Shown: positions 26,130 to 39,630 of the stretch, in pieces
Position numbering within the stretch: position 1 is the first letter of the stretch
Layout of the letters: every line of letters starts with the position of its first letter
DNA from: Octopus vulgaris
Taxonomy: Eukaryota
Assembly: GCA_951406725.2 (NCBI GenBank)
Contig: OX597821.1
Location: 114,886,001-114,950,000 of the forward strand
Reading direction: 5' to 3'
Length of the DNA: 64,000 nucleotides
Notes under the pieces: generated by a model
Databases searched by the model: none
What the model saw: only the letters and a program-made list of their open reading frames with translations
What the model was told of the DNA's origin: nothing
Program-made: the position numbers and the translations under genes

Positions 26130-27650
26130 GTAGATAGGGCACCTGTGAGGATATGGAACCAGGCAAAGCAGTTGACTCACTTGAAATAGTTGTCGAGATG
26201 TTTAAAATATTTGATGAAGTAAAGTATAGTTTAGCCAGGTAATACCAGGTGTCATGCTCAATGCCTGCAGAAGCAGCATTATTGTAAACTGTTACAAGGG
26301 ATAAAGAGATGCCTCAGAGAGAGGAAACTACAGAGGAATGAAATTGTTGGGCCAGGTCAACAGTTACAGGAAAGTTACAGAGAAAGTGTTATTGCAAAAG
26401 TTATTAGGAACAGGGTCAGCTTAGATGAGATGTAGCTTGGCTTTGCACAAGGAAGAGGCACCTTTGAAGCCATCTTCTTGGTGAGGCTGTTACAACAGAA
26501 ATATTTACAAGTAAGCCTCTATACCTAGCATTCATGGATCTGAAGGGCTTTCAACAGGGCCACTCATGATGTGTTCTGGTGGGTGCTAAGGAAGGTGGAA
26601 ATAGATGAATGGCTGGGAGAGTTAATTATGATTTAATTATAGGTAGGGGTTGCACAGGATTCAGTTTTCAGCTCTCTCCTCTTTATTATAATCCACCAAT
26701 TCATAACAAAGGGATTCAAGACTGGCTTTAAGTAGGAACTCTTGTACACAGATGGCCTTGTTCTGATAGCAAAATTTGTGGAAGATCTGGAGAAGAAATT
26801 TGAGAAATGGAAGGAGAACCTGTAATTGAGGGGTCTTAAAGTAAACTTACCCAAGACAAAAATTCTAGCAAATAGGAAAGAAGTTAGGAGTCAGCAGCCA
26901 TCAAAGAAACGGCTGGGCTTAGTAAAGGAGGAAGCAGAAATTCCACAAAGTGTGTCCAGTGTAAAGAATAGACATGTCAGAAGCATAGTGGGATCGTAGG
27001 TAGGCTAACAGCAAAGGTGGTCCCCATTTCTGGCAGATGTACAGAAGAATTCAGCTTACGCAAGTGACAGAGTCTTTCAACTGCCATAAAGGCTCCCTAA
27101 AAGTAGTAGGGTATGTAATTAGCAACAGGAGTGGCTTCTCTGAAAAGATAATAGCTAGAGTAAAAATAAGGTCAAAATAAGGTTCTGGGAACTACTGCCT
27201 GTGCCAACAACAAAAGGCTTTCCTCTCAAGGTAAAGGCTAGATTGTATGAGGCTTGTGTGCAAAGAGCATTACCAAATGGTAATGAAATGTAGGCCCTGC
27301 ATGCAGAAGCTTTTCAAAAGCTAGAAACAAATGAGGTGAGCATACTCTGACAGATGTATAATGTTTATAGACTTGGAAGGTTTCAGTAAAGATGACCTGA
27401 GAAGAAAACTGTGTATAAAAGGAATCAGATGTAGTTTGCAAAAGAGAAGAGTGCACCAGTATGTGCATGGATGCATAACGGTGATAACAGCTGCATAAAA
27501 AGTGTCAAATGCTCTAAGTGGATGGTGCTTGTGGAAGAGGATGACCTAGAAAGACATAGAATGAAGAGGTAAAAAAAAAAAACTAATCTCAAGATATAGA
27601 AACTCACAAAAGAAGATAACAAGGAACCACAACAATTGGTAACATGCTGG
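26130..27650 (+). mobile_element. Decayed RTE-clade LINE reverse transcriptase region
   Basis: Frame-broken peptides GNYRGMKLL, GFAQGRGTFEAIFLVRLLQQKY, LYLAFMDL, VGVAQDSVFSSLLFIII and ELLYTDGLVLIA (decayed YADD box). Confidence 0.82.
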
Positions 27651-28224
27651 TTGGGATGCCCTTACTGTTCCAACCCACTGCTCCCGGCTATCTCCCTTTC
27701 TCCTGGGAGGTTTCCACAGCAATCTTCTCACCAAACCCCACCTCTATAATACCTTCCAGCCATTCTTTCTCTCACAGCTCCTCCACCCATCACCTCCCAC
27801 CCTCCTCTCCTCACAGCTTCTCTGCCATTGTCAAACTTTCTCACTCCTTCCTCCCTGCTCCCCTATGTCACTTCCTTTTTCCCTTCCATACTCGCCCTCC
27901 CAACCCGCATCCACTCGCTTACTCCCTCCACTGTCACCACCATCCTTGCACAATAGTACAGCTTTCTCTCATGCTTCACCCTCACATCAATCACCCTCTT
28001 CTCTCATATTTCCCATCTAGCCATTGTCGGTTTTTGGTGCTGGTGCTAGGAAAGATGTAACCAAGACCCCCATCCCAGCCACCCATAAATTGGTTGGCGT
28101 TGGGAAGAACAACCAGCCACCCTCCCACTGACTTGCTGGATCTGACCTTACCATCCAACCCAGCACAAGAGATAGATATAAAATAATTACAATCATGATA
28201 CACACAAACACACACACACATATC

Positions 28225-28595
28225 TCTCTCTATATAAACGGCAGTTTGTCTGTGCGTTTTCTGTGTGTCTGTTTGCGTGTACCCTCACCCTGACCACGGC
28301 TTTCAACCGATTCTGATGAAACTTGACACACACATAGCCCAATGTCATAATTCAAAACTAACGCAGCGAAAATTTTGAAAAGTTCCCCCAGTTCTGAAAA
28401 AAATCGATAAATTCGACATGGGGTCGAGAATCAGAAACACAAACCGCAAACTGTCTAGGGGACGCAACTCCACCTTTTTTAACTCTCAAAAAAAATTTAC
28501 CATCATTTTTTTGCTATTTTTTGCCTATAACTCTCTAAAAATGCTTTATAGTTATTTCCCTTACAAACCTGAGCAACGCCGGGCGATACTGCTAG
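28225..28595 (+). mobile_element. Non-autonomous Helitron, first of a tandem pair
   Basis: 5' TCTATATAAA, 3' CCTGAGCAACGCCGGG..CTAG (28592-28595). Confidence 0.8.
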
Positions 28596-28988
28596 TCTCT
28601 CTATATAAAGCTGAAGTTGTCTGTGTGTGTGGCAGGTTTGGTAGCCTTCAACTAACACTATCTCCTCAGAGACCCTGCGGCACAAGTTGACCAAAATTGA
28701 GAATATGATAGAAGAAGGCTTGCTCTTCCTTCCGTAGAAGAAAAAATTCAAATCGGACCATGTTAACACCAAAAATTATTTACATCAAAAAGGTGCTTAT
28801 TTTTCTATGAAAATCCCTATTTTTTACGATATTTTGACTGCTGTGTCACCATTTTTCGGTGTATTTCAACCAGAAAAATGTTCACTTAAAGAGAATAGCA
28901 AGCTACATAATGCAAAATTTTTACTTTTCAAAAATTCCAATTCTAAAGGGACGAAACAAACCCGAGCAACGCCGGGTGATACTGCTAG
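28596..28988 (+). mobile_element. Non-autonomous Helitron, second of the tandem pair
   Basis: 5' TCTCTCTATATAAAG, 3' CCCGAGCAACGCCGGG..CTAG (28985-28988) followed by T. Confidence 0.8.
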
Positions 28989-29287
28989 TATATATATATA
29001 TACATACACACACATATGTATATATAATTTATAGTCACCATCACCAGTATCCCTTTAATAGCCACTGTTCTGTGGAGTAGATGGAATTCATTGCAGCAGT
29101 TTTTTGGGGTTTTTATGTGACGGTGATGTCCTTCCTATCACCAAATCTCGTCTATTTGAAAACAAAATAATGTTTCTCCATGGCCAGACATGTTTCTCAA
29201 GAAAACTGGAAACGAAAGGCACCAATTCTATAATGCTATCGATCATTTGTAATTATTGCCTGATGTGAAGAGATGGGGGACACAGAC

Positions 29288-29289
<2 letters not shown>

Positions 29290-29340
<51 letters not shown>

Positions 29341-29384
29341 GGATGGATGGATGGATGGATGGATGGATGGATGGATGGATGGAT
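29290..29384. repeat. (GATA)n(GATG)n compound microsatellite
   Basis: Seen directly. Confidence 0.95.
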
Positions 29385-29577
29385 GCGAGTAAATAAACAA
29401 GTCATGTGGAGCTGAGTCAAACTATTACACACACATACACACACGATAGGCTTTTTACAGTCTCCATCAACCGAATTCACTAACAAGGCTTTGGTCAACG
29501 TAAGGCCAAATGGTGCCACGCAGTGGGACTGAAAGCGAAACCATATGACTCGGAAGTGAACTTCTTGCATATATAAT

Positions 29578-29649
<72 letters not shown>

Positions 29650-29848
29650 TGTGAGTGTGTGTGTGTACACATACATATGTGTAAGTTTGACTCAGCTCCA
29701 CATGACTTTACTCGTGCGCACACACACACACACATACACACACACACACACTGCACAAATCCTCCCGTATATTATGTTTATTTACTGCAAAACAAAGATA
29801 GAAAATCATGTTCTATCCGATAACGATTTTTACCCACATGACACTCAC

Positions 29849-30200
29849 GCACACATCGAGTTATCAATAACATTCCTCCACAACATGGCACAGTAATTCT
29901 TCAAGAGAATTAGGAAAACGAAGAGAAAACGCCTAGCTCTTCAAGGATATTTGCTGTGCAGCATCCATTTGGATCCTGTTCCTACTTATAGGCCCCTAGT
30001 ACCTTGATGAATTCTCCATCTGCCTGGAAGTGATAGGCATCGTTCAGTATAGAGTATATCCGAAACGTAACGGAGGAGGCGAAACCAAAATACTACAGCT
30101 AGAAGAGGTGTGTCCCGGATCAATATTTTGTATTAACAGTGACGAGCGAAATCGTATTTAAAACGACAAAAAGACAAAAAAAATAAATAATAATAATAAT
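29849..30200 (-). other. Candidate non-coding 5' exon of the ZFYVE9/16-like gene (proximal promoter)
   Basis: Non-repetitive CpG-containing sequence ending in a minus-strand donor GC|GTGAGT (plus ACTCAC 29843-29848). It lies at the edge of the CpG-retaining domain, next to GC-rich sequence at 30230-30700. The 5' boundary is a guess. Confidence 0.35.
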
Positions 30201-30877
30201 AATAATAAATAACTATCAACCGTCACCGCTACCACCACCGTCCGTCCCCCTCACATGCAGGTAATCATCAGCAATGTTGCACTGCAATGCAACAGGAAGA
30301 TTAGAGATATTGCTGCAACATTCAAGTGCACACACCTACCTCCAGTTGCATGCCTTGTAAAAGGCGATGGAGGCGGCGGCGGTGGTGGTGGCGACTGGCA
30401 GTTAACGTTTCACAAAGATGTAATGTTTTGGCAGGGGTTGGGGTGGGTGGGGGGGCGGAGGAGGAGAAGAGAAGAGAAGAAATTAAAACTGCAAGTGCGC
30501 GCGCGGGAGGAGGAGGGGGAAGAGGGGGGAGGAAGCACGCAACGCAAACACAATAAATATTAAAATTGAATTGAATTGAAAAACAAAAATGACGCGGATA
30601 AAAGGCAATTAGAAATATATTCCCTTCTTCGCTGAAATATCTGTATTCTTTCTTGCTGCAGGTGCGGGGTGGGGCGGGTGGGGTGGGGGTGGGGAGGGGG
30701 GTAGCGAAGACAGAATTATGGGATGAAACGAACGGTTTTATGAAGCAAGTGATATCATGTGATCAGGTGTCTGCGAAAAACCACACACACACACACACAC
30801 GCGAAGAAATTGGTCTCTGCTATATTTACATGTCCAGTTCCTTTATTATTATTATTATTATTATTATTTGTGTGTGT

Positions 30878-30933
<56 letters not shown>

Positions 30934-31369
30934 GTGTTTGTTGCTGTGATGATGCGTTGTTGAAAGGTATAGATTTGAAACATTCAATGGTCGTAGCTGA
31001 AAAGGATGACATAATAATAATAATAATAAGCCAGCAAAGCTCCATTGGAAAAATAACAAGGAAATCGTAATGCTTAAGGCGAGAGAAAGAGAGAGAGAGA
31101 GGCAGTTAATATATATATATAAAATGCAAGTATTTTGTGGATGCAGAAATACCTGCAGAAAAACCTGATTTAAACAATTTACTAGGAAGGTGAGAAGGAT
31201 GGGGCGAGGTGATCGATTATTGATTTTCTCTCCCCCCCCCTTTTTGTTTATTATTAGTCGGCTACTAATAACTGTTAATAAGATGATATTGATATGATGA
31301 TAGTTACTGGGGGATATACAGGAGAGGAAACCGAATTTATGCTACGGTAGAACCGATGAGGTATTCACA

Positions 31370-31409
31370 CACATACATACACATATATATACATATGTGC
31401 TATATATAC

Positions 31410-31442
<33 letters not shown>

Positions 31443-31958
31443 GCACACACACATATATATAGCACATGAATGTGTGTATATATATTATATAGGACATATG
31501 TATATATATATAGCATATATATATGTGTATATATATAGCCCATATATGTATATATATAGCACATATATGTATATATATAGCACATATATATGTATATATA
31601 TATAGCACATATATATATATATGTATATATATGTGTATATATATATATAGCACATATATATATGTATATATATATGTGTATATAGCACATATATATGTAT
31701 ATATATATGTATATATAACACATATATATGTGTATATATATATATATAACATATATATATGTGTGTGTGTGTGTGTGTATATATATGTGTGTGTGTGTGT
31801 GTGTATATATAGCATATATGTGTGTATATATATAGCACATATATGTGTGTGTATATATATAGCACATATATGTGTATATATATAGCACATATAATATATG
31901 TATATATATATGTATATATAGCACATATATATGTATATATATATGTATATATAGCACA

Positions 31959-32001
<43 letters not shown>

Positions 32002-32862
32002 ATATATATAGCACATATATATGTGAATATATATAGCACATATATGTGTATATATATAGCACATATATGTGTATATATATAGCACATATATGTGTATATA
32101 TATAGCACATATATGTGTATATATATAGCACATATATATGTATATATATATATGTATATATATATATAGCACATATATATATGTATATATATATAGCACA
32201 TATATATATGTATATATAGTACATATATATATGTATATAACATATATATATGTATATATATATATAGCACATATATATATGTATATATATAGCACATATA
32301 TATATATATATATATATAGCACATATATATATGTATATATATATAGCACATATATATGTATATATATATAGCACATATATATGTATATATATATGCACAT
32401 ATATATGTATATATATATAGCACATATATATATATATATATATAACATATATATGTATATATATATACATATATATATGTATATATATATAGCACATATA
32501 TATATGTATATATATATATAGCACATATATATGTATATATATATATAGCACATATATATGTATATATATAGCATATATATATGTATATATATATAGCATA
32601 TATATATATACATATATATGTATATATATAGCACATATATATGTATATATATATAGCATATATATATATAGCACATATATATGTATATATATATATATAG
32701 CACATATATATGTATATATATATATAGCACATATATATGTATATATATATATAGCACATATATATATATATATATATATATATAGCACATATATATATAT
32801 ATATATATATATATAGCACATATATATGTATATATATAGCACATATATATATATAGCACATA

Positions 32863-32894
<32 letters not shown>

Positions 32895-32907
32895 GCACAT
32901 ATATATG

Positions 32908-32946
<39 letters not shown>

Positions 32947-33490
32947 ATATATGTATATATATAGCACATATATATATGTATATATATATAGACATATATA
33001 TATGTATATATATAGCACATATATATATATGTATATATATAGCACATATATATATATATATGTATATATATAGCACATATATATATATATGTATATATAT
33101 AGATATATATATATGTATATATATACATATATATATATATGTATATATATAACACATATATATGTATATATATAGCACATACATATGTATATATATACAT
33201 ATATGTATATACCACATATGTATATATATATATATACCACATGCATATATATATATACCACATATATATATATACCACATACGTATATATATACCACATA
33301 TGTGTATATATATATATACCATATATATATATATACCACATATTTATATATATATATATATATATACAAATATATATATATATATATATATATAGCACAC
33401 ATACACATACGCACATATATATAGCACATACGTATGTTTATATAGAGAACATGTATAATATATATATAGTTTAATATAGCACATACATAC
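31370..33490. repeat. 2.1-kb TA-rich minisatellite (unit about (TA)n-GCACA-(TA)n-TG, 20-30 bp)
   Basis: Dozens of ATATAGCACATATATATGTAT units, shifting to ATACCACAT units at the right end; source of the 640-758 aa YI-repeat ORFs. Confidence 0.95.
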
Positions 33491-33713
33491 GCACACACAA
33501 ACGCATGCACACGAGGAAAGACACATAAATACGTACACCTACATATGCGCGCGCGCTCACGTTCATGCACAAACACACACAGACCCACGCGCGCGCATGC
33601 AATGAGATAGTAAAGCAAGAAATTGATCCAGTGCGTATGTGTCTAATTAGTGCAAGTCGAGTTAATGAATCAGAAACCTGGAGAAGTTATCATTAGATTG
33701 GCCAAGTTTCAAC

Positions 33714-33746
<33 letters not shown>

Positions 33747-35299
33747 AGTAGATAACTGAGTTTAGGTTTCGAGTTGATCTTTAAAATAAAACTAAATAAT
33801 GTATAAAACTCGAGCTCACACCCAGCAAGGTTTTGAATGGTCAACAACAACAACAACAACGAGACCTAGATTATTCAATTAGAGCAACATCATGACAGGT
33901 GTCAAAATAAAACTGCCCTGAGTTAATGACTAATAAATGTATATTAGGGTTGAGGGGTGTGACCATTAATGTCAGCTGGTTGAGGTTTAAATTTCGTTCT
34001 GCTTAATCTGGGTAAAATAGTTTTGTTAAGATATTTTAATAGCAACGGAAATATGAAACCAGCTCTTTCGATGTTTCCTTATCTCTAAATTAAAGTTGTT
34101 TTTTTTTTCTTTCTATCTTCTCCAGAAAATTAGATTAGTTTTAATACACAAACAAACACACACGGAGTAGCTATGTTATTGAAGGTGAAGAGTAATGCAG
34201 GAAATGCTTATACTAGCAGAAATGATAAACAAACAAAATAAATAAATTGTCCTATTTTGGATTTTGTTTCTCTTTGTTTTTGTCGTTGTATGATCCACAT
34301 TTTGTTTTTATTTTTAAGTATGTAACCTAACGAACAACCTTTTATCGATCTCAGTTACGCATTGATTATAGATCCGGACACATTCCTTCACATGTCCAGA
34401 AGCGTATAGTGAAACACGTCTATATTCCTTCCGCCCATAAATTAAAAGTATTAAAAGGGAGAAAAAAAAATACAACGAAACATATAAATTTAAGTTATTG
34501 ATCCAACAATAGGGATCAGAAGTTGTACAATGCCCGTGCCCTTAAGGTAAGACTTTAAGAGTATTTTCATATAACCAGGGGATGGTCTGTCTAATAAATT
34601 GATCCTGTGATATTTGTACCTATCAGGAAGTTACAATTAAGACAACAGAACTGGGACTTGACGGTCAATAACAGGGTGTAAAGATAACATTAAGTCGGAT
34701 GTCATCTGATTAAGATGCTGAGGGAACGAGGTTGTGAGAATGAAAGGGGATAATGATGGGGGTCACCAAAATACGTACGTGTTGGAATATAAATGTCAAA
34801 AGAGATAAGAAATTAACATAGTATGAAGAGCGACACCGAGAGAGGAGAGAGAGAGACAGAGAGGAACATGGTGTATCAGATAGGTTTCATATCGTGTGCG
34901 ATTTCGCCAACAACCAGTGGTTTATATGGCACCACCATCAGTTTGGTCTACCACAGATTCTGCTCTACTTCCAACACATTTCAACAAAGCCTCTAAGTGG
35001 TCGCACAAGCTCCTAAAAATAGCAGCCAGATCTTCCTCAAATTACATGCACTGTCCTAAAAAAAGATATGACATATTGATGATACAGTGCCTGGTATAAG
35101 ATTAAGAAAACAGAGAGAATTATCATCGTTAGAACACCTTTGATCATAATTTTGCTCATTCGAGTCTGACCTGGGGCTAAACAACACACTTAAGCTTACA
35201 TATGCATTATAGGTGTAGAATAAATCATATACATAAATATTTATTCCCCTCATATTATTTATATATATACGCGTAATCTACCCGTTTTCAGTATGCGTA

Positions 35300-35660
35300 G
35301 GGTGCGTGTGTGTGTGTGTGTATACATGTCTGTATGTGTATTTGTGTATGCTTGTGTGTGTGTGTCTGTGCATGCATGTGTGAGCATGCATATACAGGGT
35401 GCGTGCGTGTGCGTGTGTGTGTGTATACTTGTGTGCGTGTGCGCGAGCATATGTGTGTGTGTGTGTGGATATGTGTGTGTGTGTGTGTGTGTGTGGATAC
35501 GTGTGTGTGTTGTGCGCGCGCGCGAGCATATGTGTGTGTGTGTATACGTGTGTGTGTGTGGATACGTGTGTGTGTGTGTGTGGATACGTGTGTGTGTGTG
35601 TGTGTGTGTGTGGATACGTGTGTGTGTGTGTGTGGATACGTGTGTGTGTGTGTGTATTTA
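35300..35660. repeat. (GT)n-rich array with recurrent GGATAC interruptions
   Basis: Seen directly. Confidence 0.9.
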
Positions 35661-35927
35661 TGTGTCGTCGGATTGAACAGCTACATGTCCTGTCTGCTAC
35701 AAACGATTGCACAGTATGGGCTAATTGCCAAAAATAAAATAAATAAAGCAAATATCGGAAGCAGAATAAAAAAGATAAACGGAGAAATAAAAGTCGTGTC
35801 TAGGTTTTTTGACAGTCAAAGCTGAAACGTAAGAGCTTCCAAAAAACAAACAACATTTGGACGTAGGAGCTGAACAACTGGCCTCAACGTCACAGAAACC
35901 AACTAGAAATCCTTTGTGTGCTCTTAC

Positions 35928-36400
35928 CCTTAAGATGGCAATCCGTGTAATATTAATGTGGTGAGATTAGTCACGACATGACACCAGCTTTCTCCCGAGA
36001 TACCGTGTCAATGGAGTTTTAGCGTTGGTCGTTCATAAGGATCACCACCAAACGACGCCATCACCCAACTAACGTTCGACAAATTTCGGTAGTTTCCGCC
36101 GCTTCAACTTGGTATCAACGATATATTATATTATTATTTTTCTTCTTTTTTTTTAAATGTCTATGTATTTATATTTCAATGTGTTTACGAATATCAAATT
36201 AATGAACTTTCTATTTGAAGAATTACAGTTGAGGAAAAAAAAAAAATAGAAAGTGTTTTTCTTTTTTGTTTTGTGTCGTTTGTGTTGGTTTCTCCACCCG
36301 CCACCACCTCGAAGCTCGTACGTAACATTTCTGTGAATTAACAGTGAAGGGGAGGAGAAAGACGAAGATAGCGGTGGCGGGAGGGTAAGAGGAGAAGGAA
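35928..36400 (-). other. Candidate non-coding first exon of the ZFYVE9/16-like gene (distal promoter)
   Basis: Strong minus-strand donor AGG|GTAAGAG (plus CTCTTACCCT 35921-35930) ends a CpG-rich unique block. It contains a short uORF, MASFGGDPYERPTLKLH* (36061-36008). The 5' boundary is a guess. Confidence 0.4.
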
Positions 36401-37944
36401 GAGACGAAAGAAGGGGAGGATATGAAAATTGAATGAGTGTGTGCGCGCGCGCGTGCGTGTGAATATACGTGTGAATGCGTGTGTGTGTATGTGTGCATGT
36501 AGGGATGTATGTGCGCGCGCTCTCTCATTACGTTGCTTAATGAAAATCTCCCCCTTCTCTCTCTAACCCCTTCCCATTTAAGTATCAAATCCTTTTTCTT
36601 TCTTTTACTCATTCTCTCTTGTTTACTATAAACACTTCGAAATGGCATTGTGTCCGTTTTACTTTGCGACAGAAGATACGGCGAACATTCACATACGTCT
36701 TAAGAAATTTCTGCATTACGTGCGCACTTTGAAAAAGTTATTTTTAAAAAATGAAAAGAAATTAAAATATGTTTTTGTTTCTATACGAAAATGGTGAAGT
36801 TCTCTGATTAACACGAGAACACTATTTTCCCTTTTTCCTCTTTTTTTTCAATTGAAATCAAAATATAAAGTGGTTCTTAATGAAATTCTTTAAACTTGTT
36901 TGAAATTTGAAATCTTAACTCAAACGTACAAAACTTCTTTAGCTTTAATTAAAAGTGTATCCTGTGGAAAAGACATGACTGTTAAAATATTCTATAGCTA
37001 ACCCTTATAAATCCAACGTCTTGTGACTGTTAAAGAAATCAATATATTAAAAAAAAAACATTGCAGACAAATCAAATTCAATCAAATATATTTTTTATTT
37101 ATGATTTCCACGATGAGTATTGCAAATTATTTGACAATCTAGAACAGCTGGAGACAGCACTGATTAGGAAGTAAACATCACGAAAATATTGTAACATTAT
37201 ATACGCGTAGATAAAAACAAATTTAAAGGTGTGACTTCTACGTTATATTGAAATTTCTTAATTTTATTTGGTTGTAATTAGTTTATTTTAAAACTTATAT
37301 CAATCAATGAAATAATTTTTTTTTTTTAAATAACGCATTTAAACAGCATTAAAGAAATTTTACATGAGATGTCGATAGTTAATTTGCACTTCAAACAGCT
37401 GATTAGTTTAAGACTCACCTGAACATACGATTGAAATATGGGCAGCGCATTTTGGTATCAGTTTTAAGTCGAGGTGTCCTTCAGCTTTATGATGAGTTCA
37501 AATACCGCCGTGATCGACTTCGCCTTTCATCGTTTTAGAGTCAATAAAAGTAAATACGAGTCAAGTATTGAGATCAATGTAATCGACTTCCCAAAAACAG
37601 CTGGCCCAGTGCCAAAATTTGCCCATTATCATTATTTTGGAGAGGGCCCTGGGACTTCATGGAGATCTCGGACAGTGGGGGTTCCTTGATTATCTCTAGA
37701 GGCCTTCCTGCATCGGGAGGGCCACATTTCTATCATCCTCACCGCCACTGTCCTCTTTTTTTTTTAACCTTTGTATGCTATGCATATGTTCCTTGTTTTT
37801 CGGTGTATTGCCGTGTATACTTATTTTCTCTCATCTTTTTTTTTATCATTTCATTATATGTGAACCCCCCACACTTTATATCTATCTTTGTATTGCCCCC
37901 CTCATCCTTCGACCTTGTGGAAAATAAATAAAATTATTATTATT

Positions 37945-38418
37945 GCCTTTGCACAGCTTCTAACGCTGAAGTGTCAGCTGTTCACTACCAGTGAACTAAG
38001 GTAACACCTCTTATTTTTGAGCACCATCCGGAGTATTCAAGCGGTTCCAAGCGGTGCTGTTTTCTGCAAGTGCTCCACCCTTATTGCAGCCCCTATTTGT
38101 TCCACGTACTTCTCAAGATTTTTACTCACTGTTCCCAGGGCTCCGACAGTTATTGGTACTACTGCTACCGTTTTCATCGACAACTGCTTAACTTCCCAAG
38201 CTAACCTGTCATATCTCTTAACTTTTCTTTCTTCCTTATCGCATATCTTGTTGTCAGCTGGGCATGCTATATCTATAATCCAGTATAGTTTGTTTTCTTT
38301 CTCAATTAAGAATATGTCCGGCTTCCTATTCTCTATTTCATGGTCGCGCTGAATCATAAAAATCCTTTAGGATCTTTGCATTTTTATTTTCGACGATGTC
38401 TTCAGGTTTGTGGTTGTA
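37945..38418 (-). mobile_element. R4/Dong-like LINE 3' fragment (RLE domain) flanked by (TAA)n
   Basis: NRKPDIFLIEK..WIIDIACP..KE..KVKRY..VVPITVGALG..LQKTA; (TAT)n on both sides (37933-37944, 38419-38468). Confidence 0.85.
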
Positions 38419-38468
<50 letters not shown>

Positions 38469-39294
38469 TGAGTGAGAGAGCAGTGCATGCCAACAAAGTG
38501 ACACTGGAGCCAATGTACTCATCATGACTACCCGTCTGATAAGGGTACACCAGGCACATGCATCACAACCATATGTGCGCGTCATGCTGATCTCATATCA
38601 AGATAAACATCACCTGACCTTGTGTGCGTGTGTGCATGTGTCTGTCCCCACACACACACCAAAACGGTGTTGGTGTGTTTACGTCCTTGTAACTTAGAGG
38701 TTCGGCAAAAGAGACAAATAGAATAAGTACCAATCTTTAAAAAAAAATAAGCACTGGGGTTGATCCATTCCACTAAAAAATTCTTCAAGGCGGTGCTCCA
38801 GCATGGCCGCAGTCCAATGACTGAAACAAGTAAAAGATAAAAGAAAAGGGAAAGGATGATACTGTAGTCTTATCAATGCTGCACTTGGCTGAGTAGATTC
38901 GTAAAGCTTGTCCTTAAACAGCAAAACTCAGTCCTTCACAGGGGCAGACCCAAGGATGGGGGCTGAGAGGCACGTGCCCCCCTCCCACCATCTCAAAGAA
39001 AGAAGTCGCCCTTCTAAATAATTTTATTACTTGTAATTTGATTTAATAGCTGTGCCCTTCTGAATTTGTGCTCTCTCTTCGAAAAATTCCTGGGTCCGCG
39101 CCTGCTTTTGTCTCCTTCTTTAAAAAAAACCATGTCTTAACCGTCTCAAGGCACTAGCGTAGCTAGGAGCAGTAGTAGGGGCGGCACTTTTCGGTCTGCT
39201 GTAGGCAATATGTGTTTGTGCTTTTTTTTATAGGGCCCATGGCCGGCAAACGGAAGGGCCAAATCGGGCGGCACACACTCTAGCTACGCTAATG

Positions 39295-39630
39295 TCTCTA
39301 AGATTCTTCCTCAGCTTCATCCAATAATTTCTGGAAAAAACTTTCCATGTAAGACTTTTCCTTTCCAGTTGATGATCTTTTCTCTAACAGTCCTCATATT
39401 ATACTCCTAAAGGGTCTCGCCATTGTCACTGATCCCCTTCTTACTCAGTGCAACCTGCAACATTCTTTCACCACTATTCCTCAGATAGGCTTGCAAAGAC
39501 TTGATCTCCTTCATAGCACTGCCCTCTATTCCGAGTAATCCTCTTCCTCGTTACGTTACTTCTAGTATGAAGACACCCATGTATAGCCATTATCTTCCTA
39601 GCTTTTCTCTCCATGTCGACAAATTCTTCT
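39295..39630 (-). mobile_element. Decayed R4-like LINE internal fragment
   Basis: Minus-strand peptides GRGL.., EIKSLQAYL and WKGKVLHGKF are typical of the post-RT region of this clade; interrupted by stops. Confidence 0.5.

Noticed and set aside
31342-33618. 640-758 aa ORFs in three minus frames
   Set aside because: Pure translation of the TA minisatellite (Y/I/C/V repeats); no coding signal.
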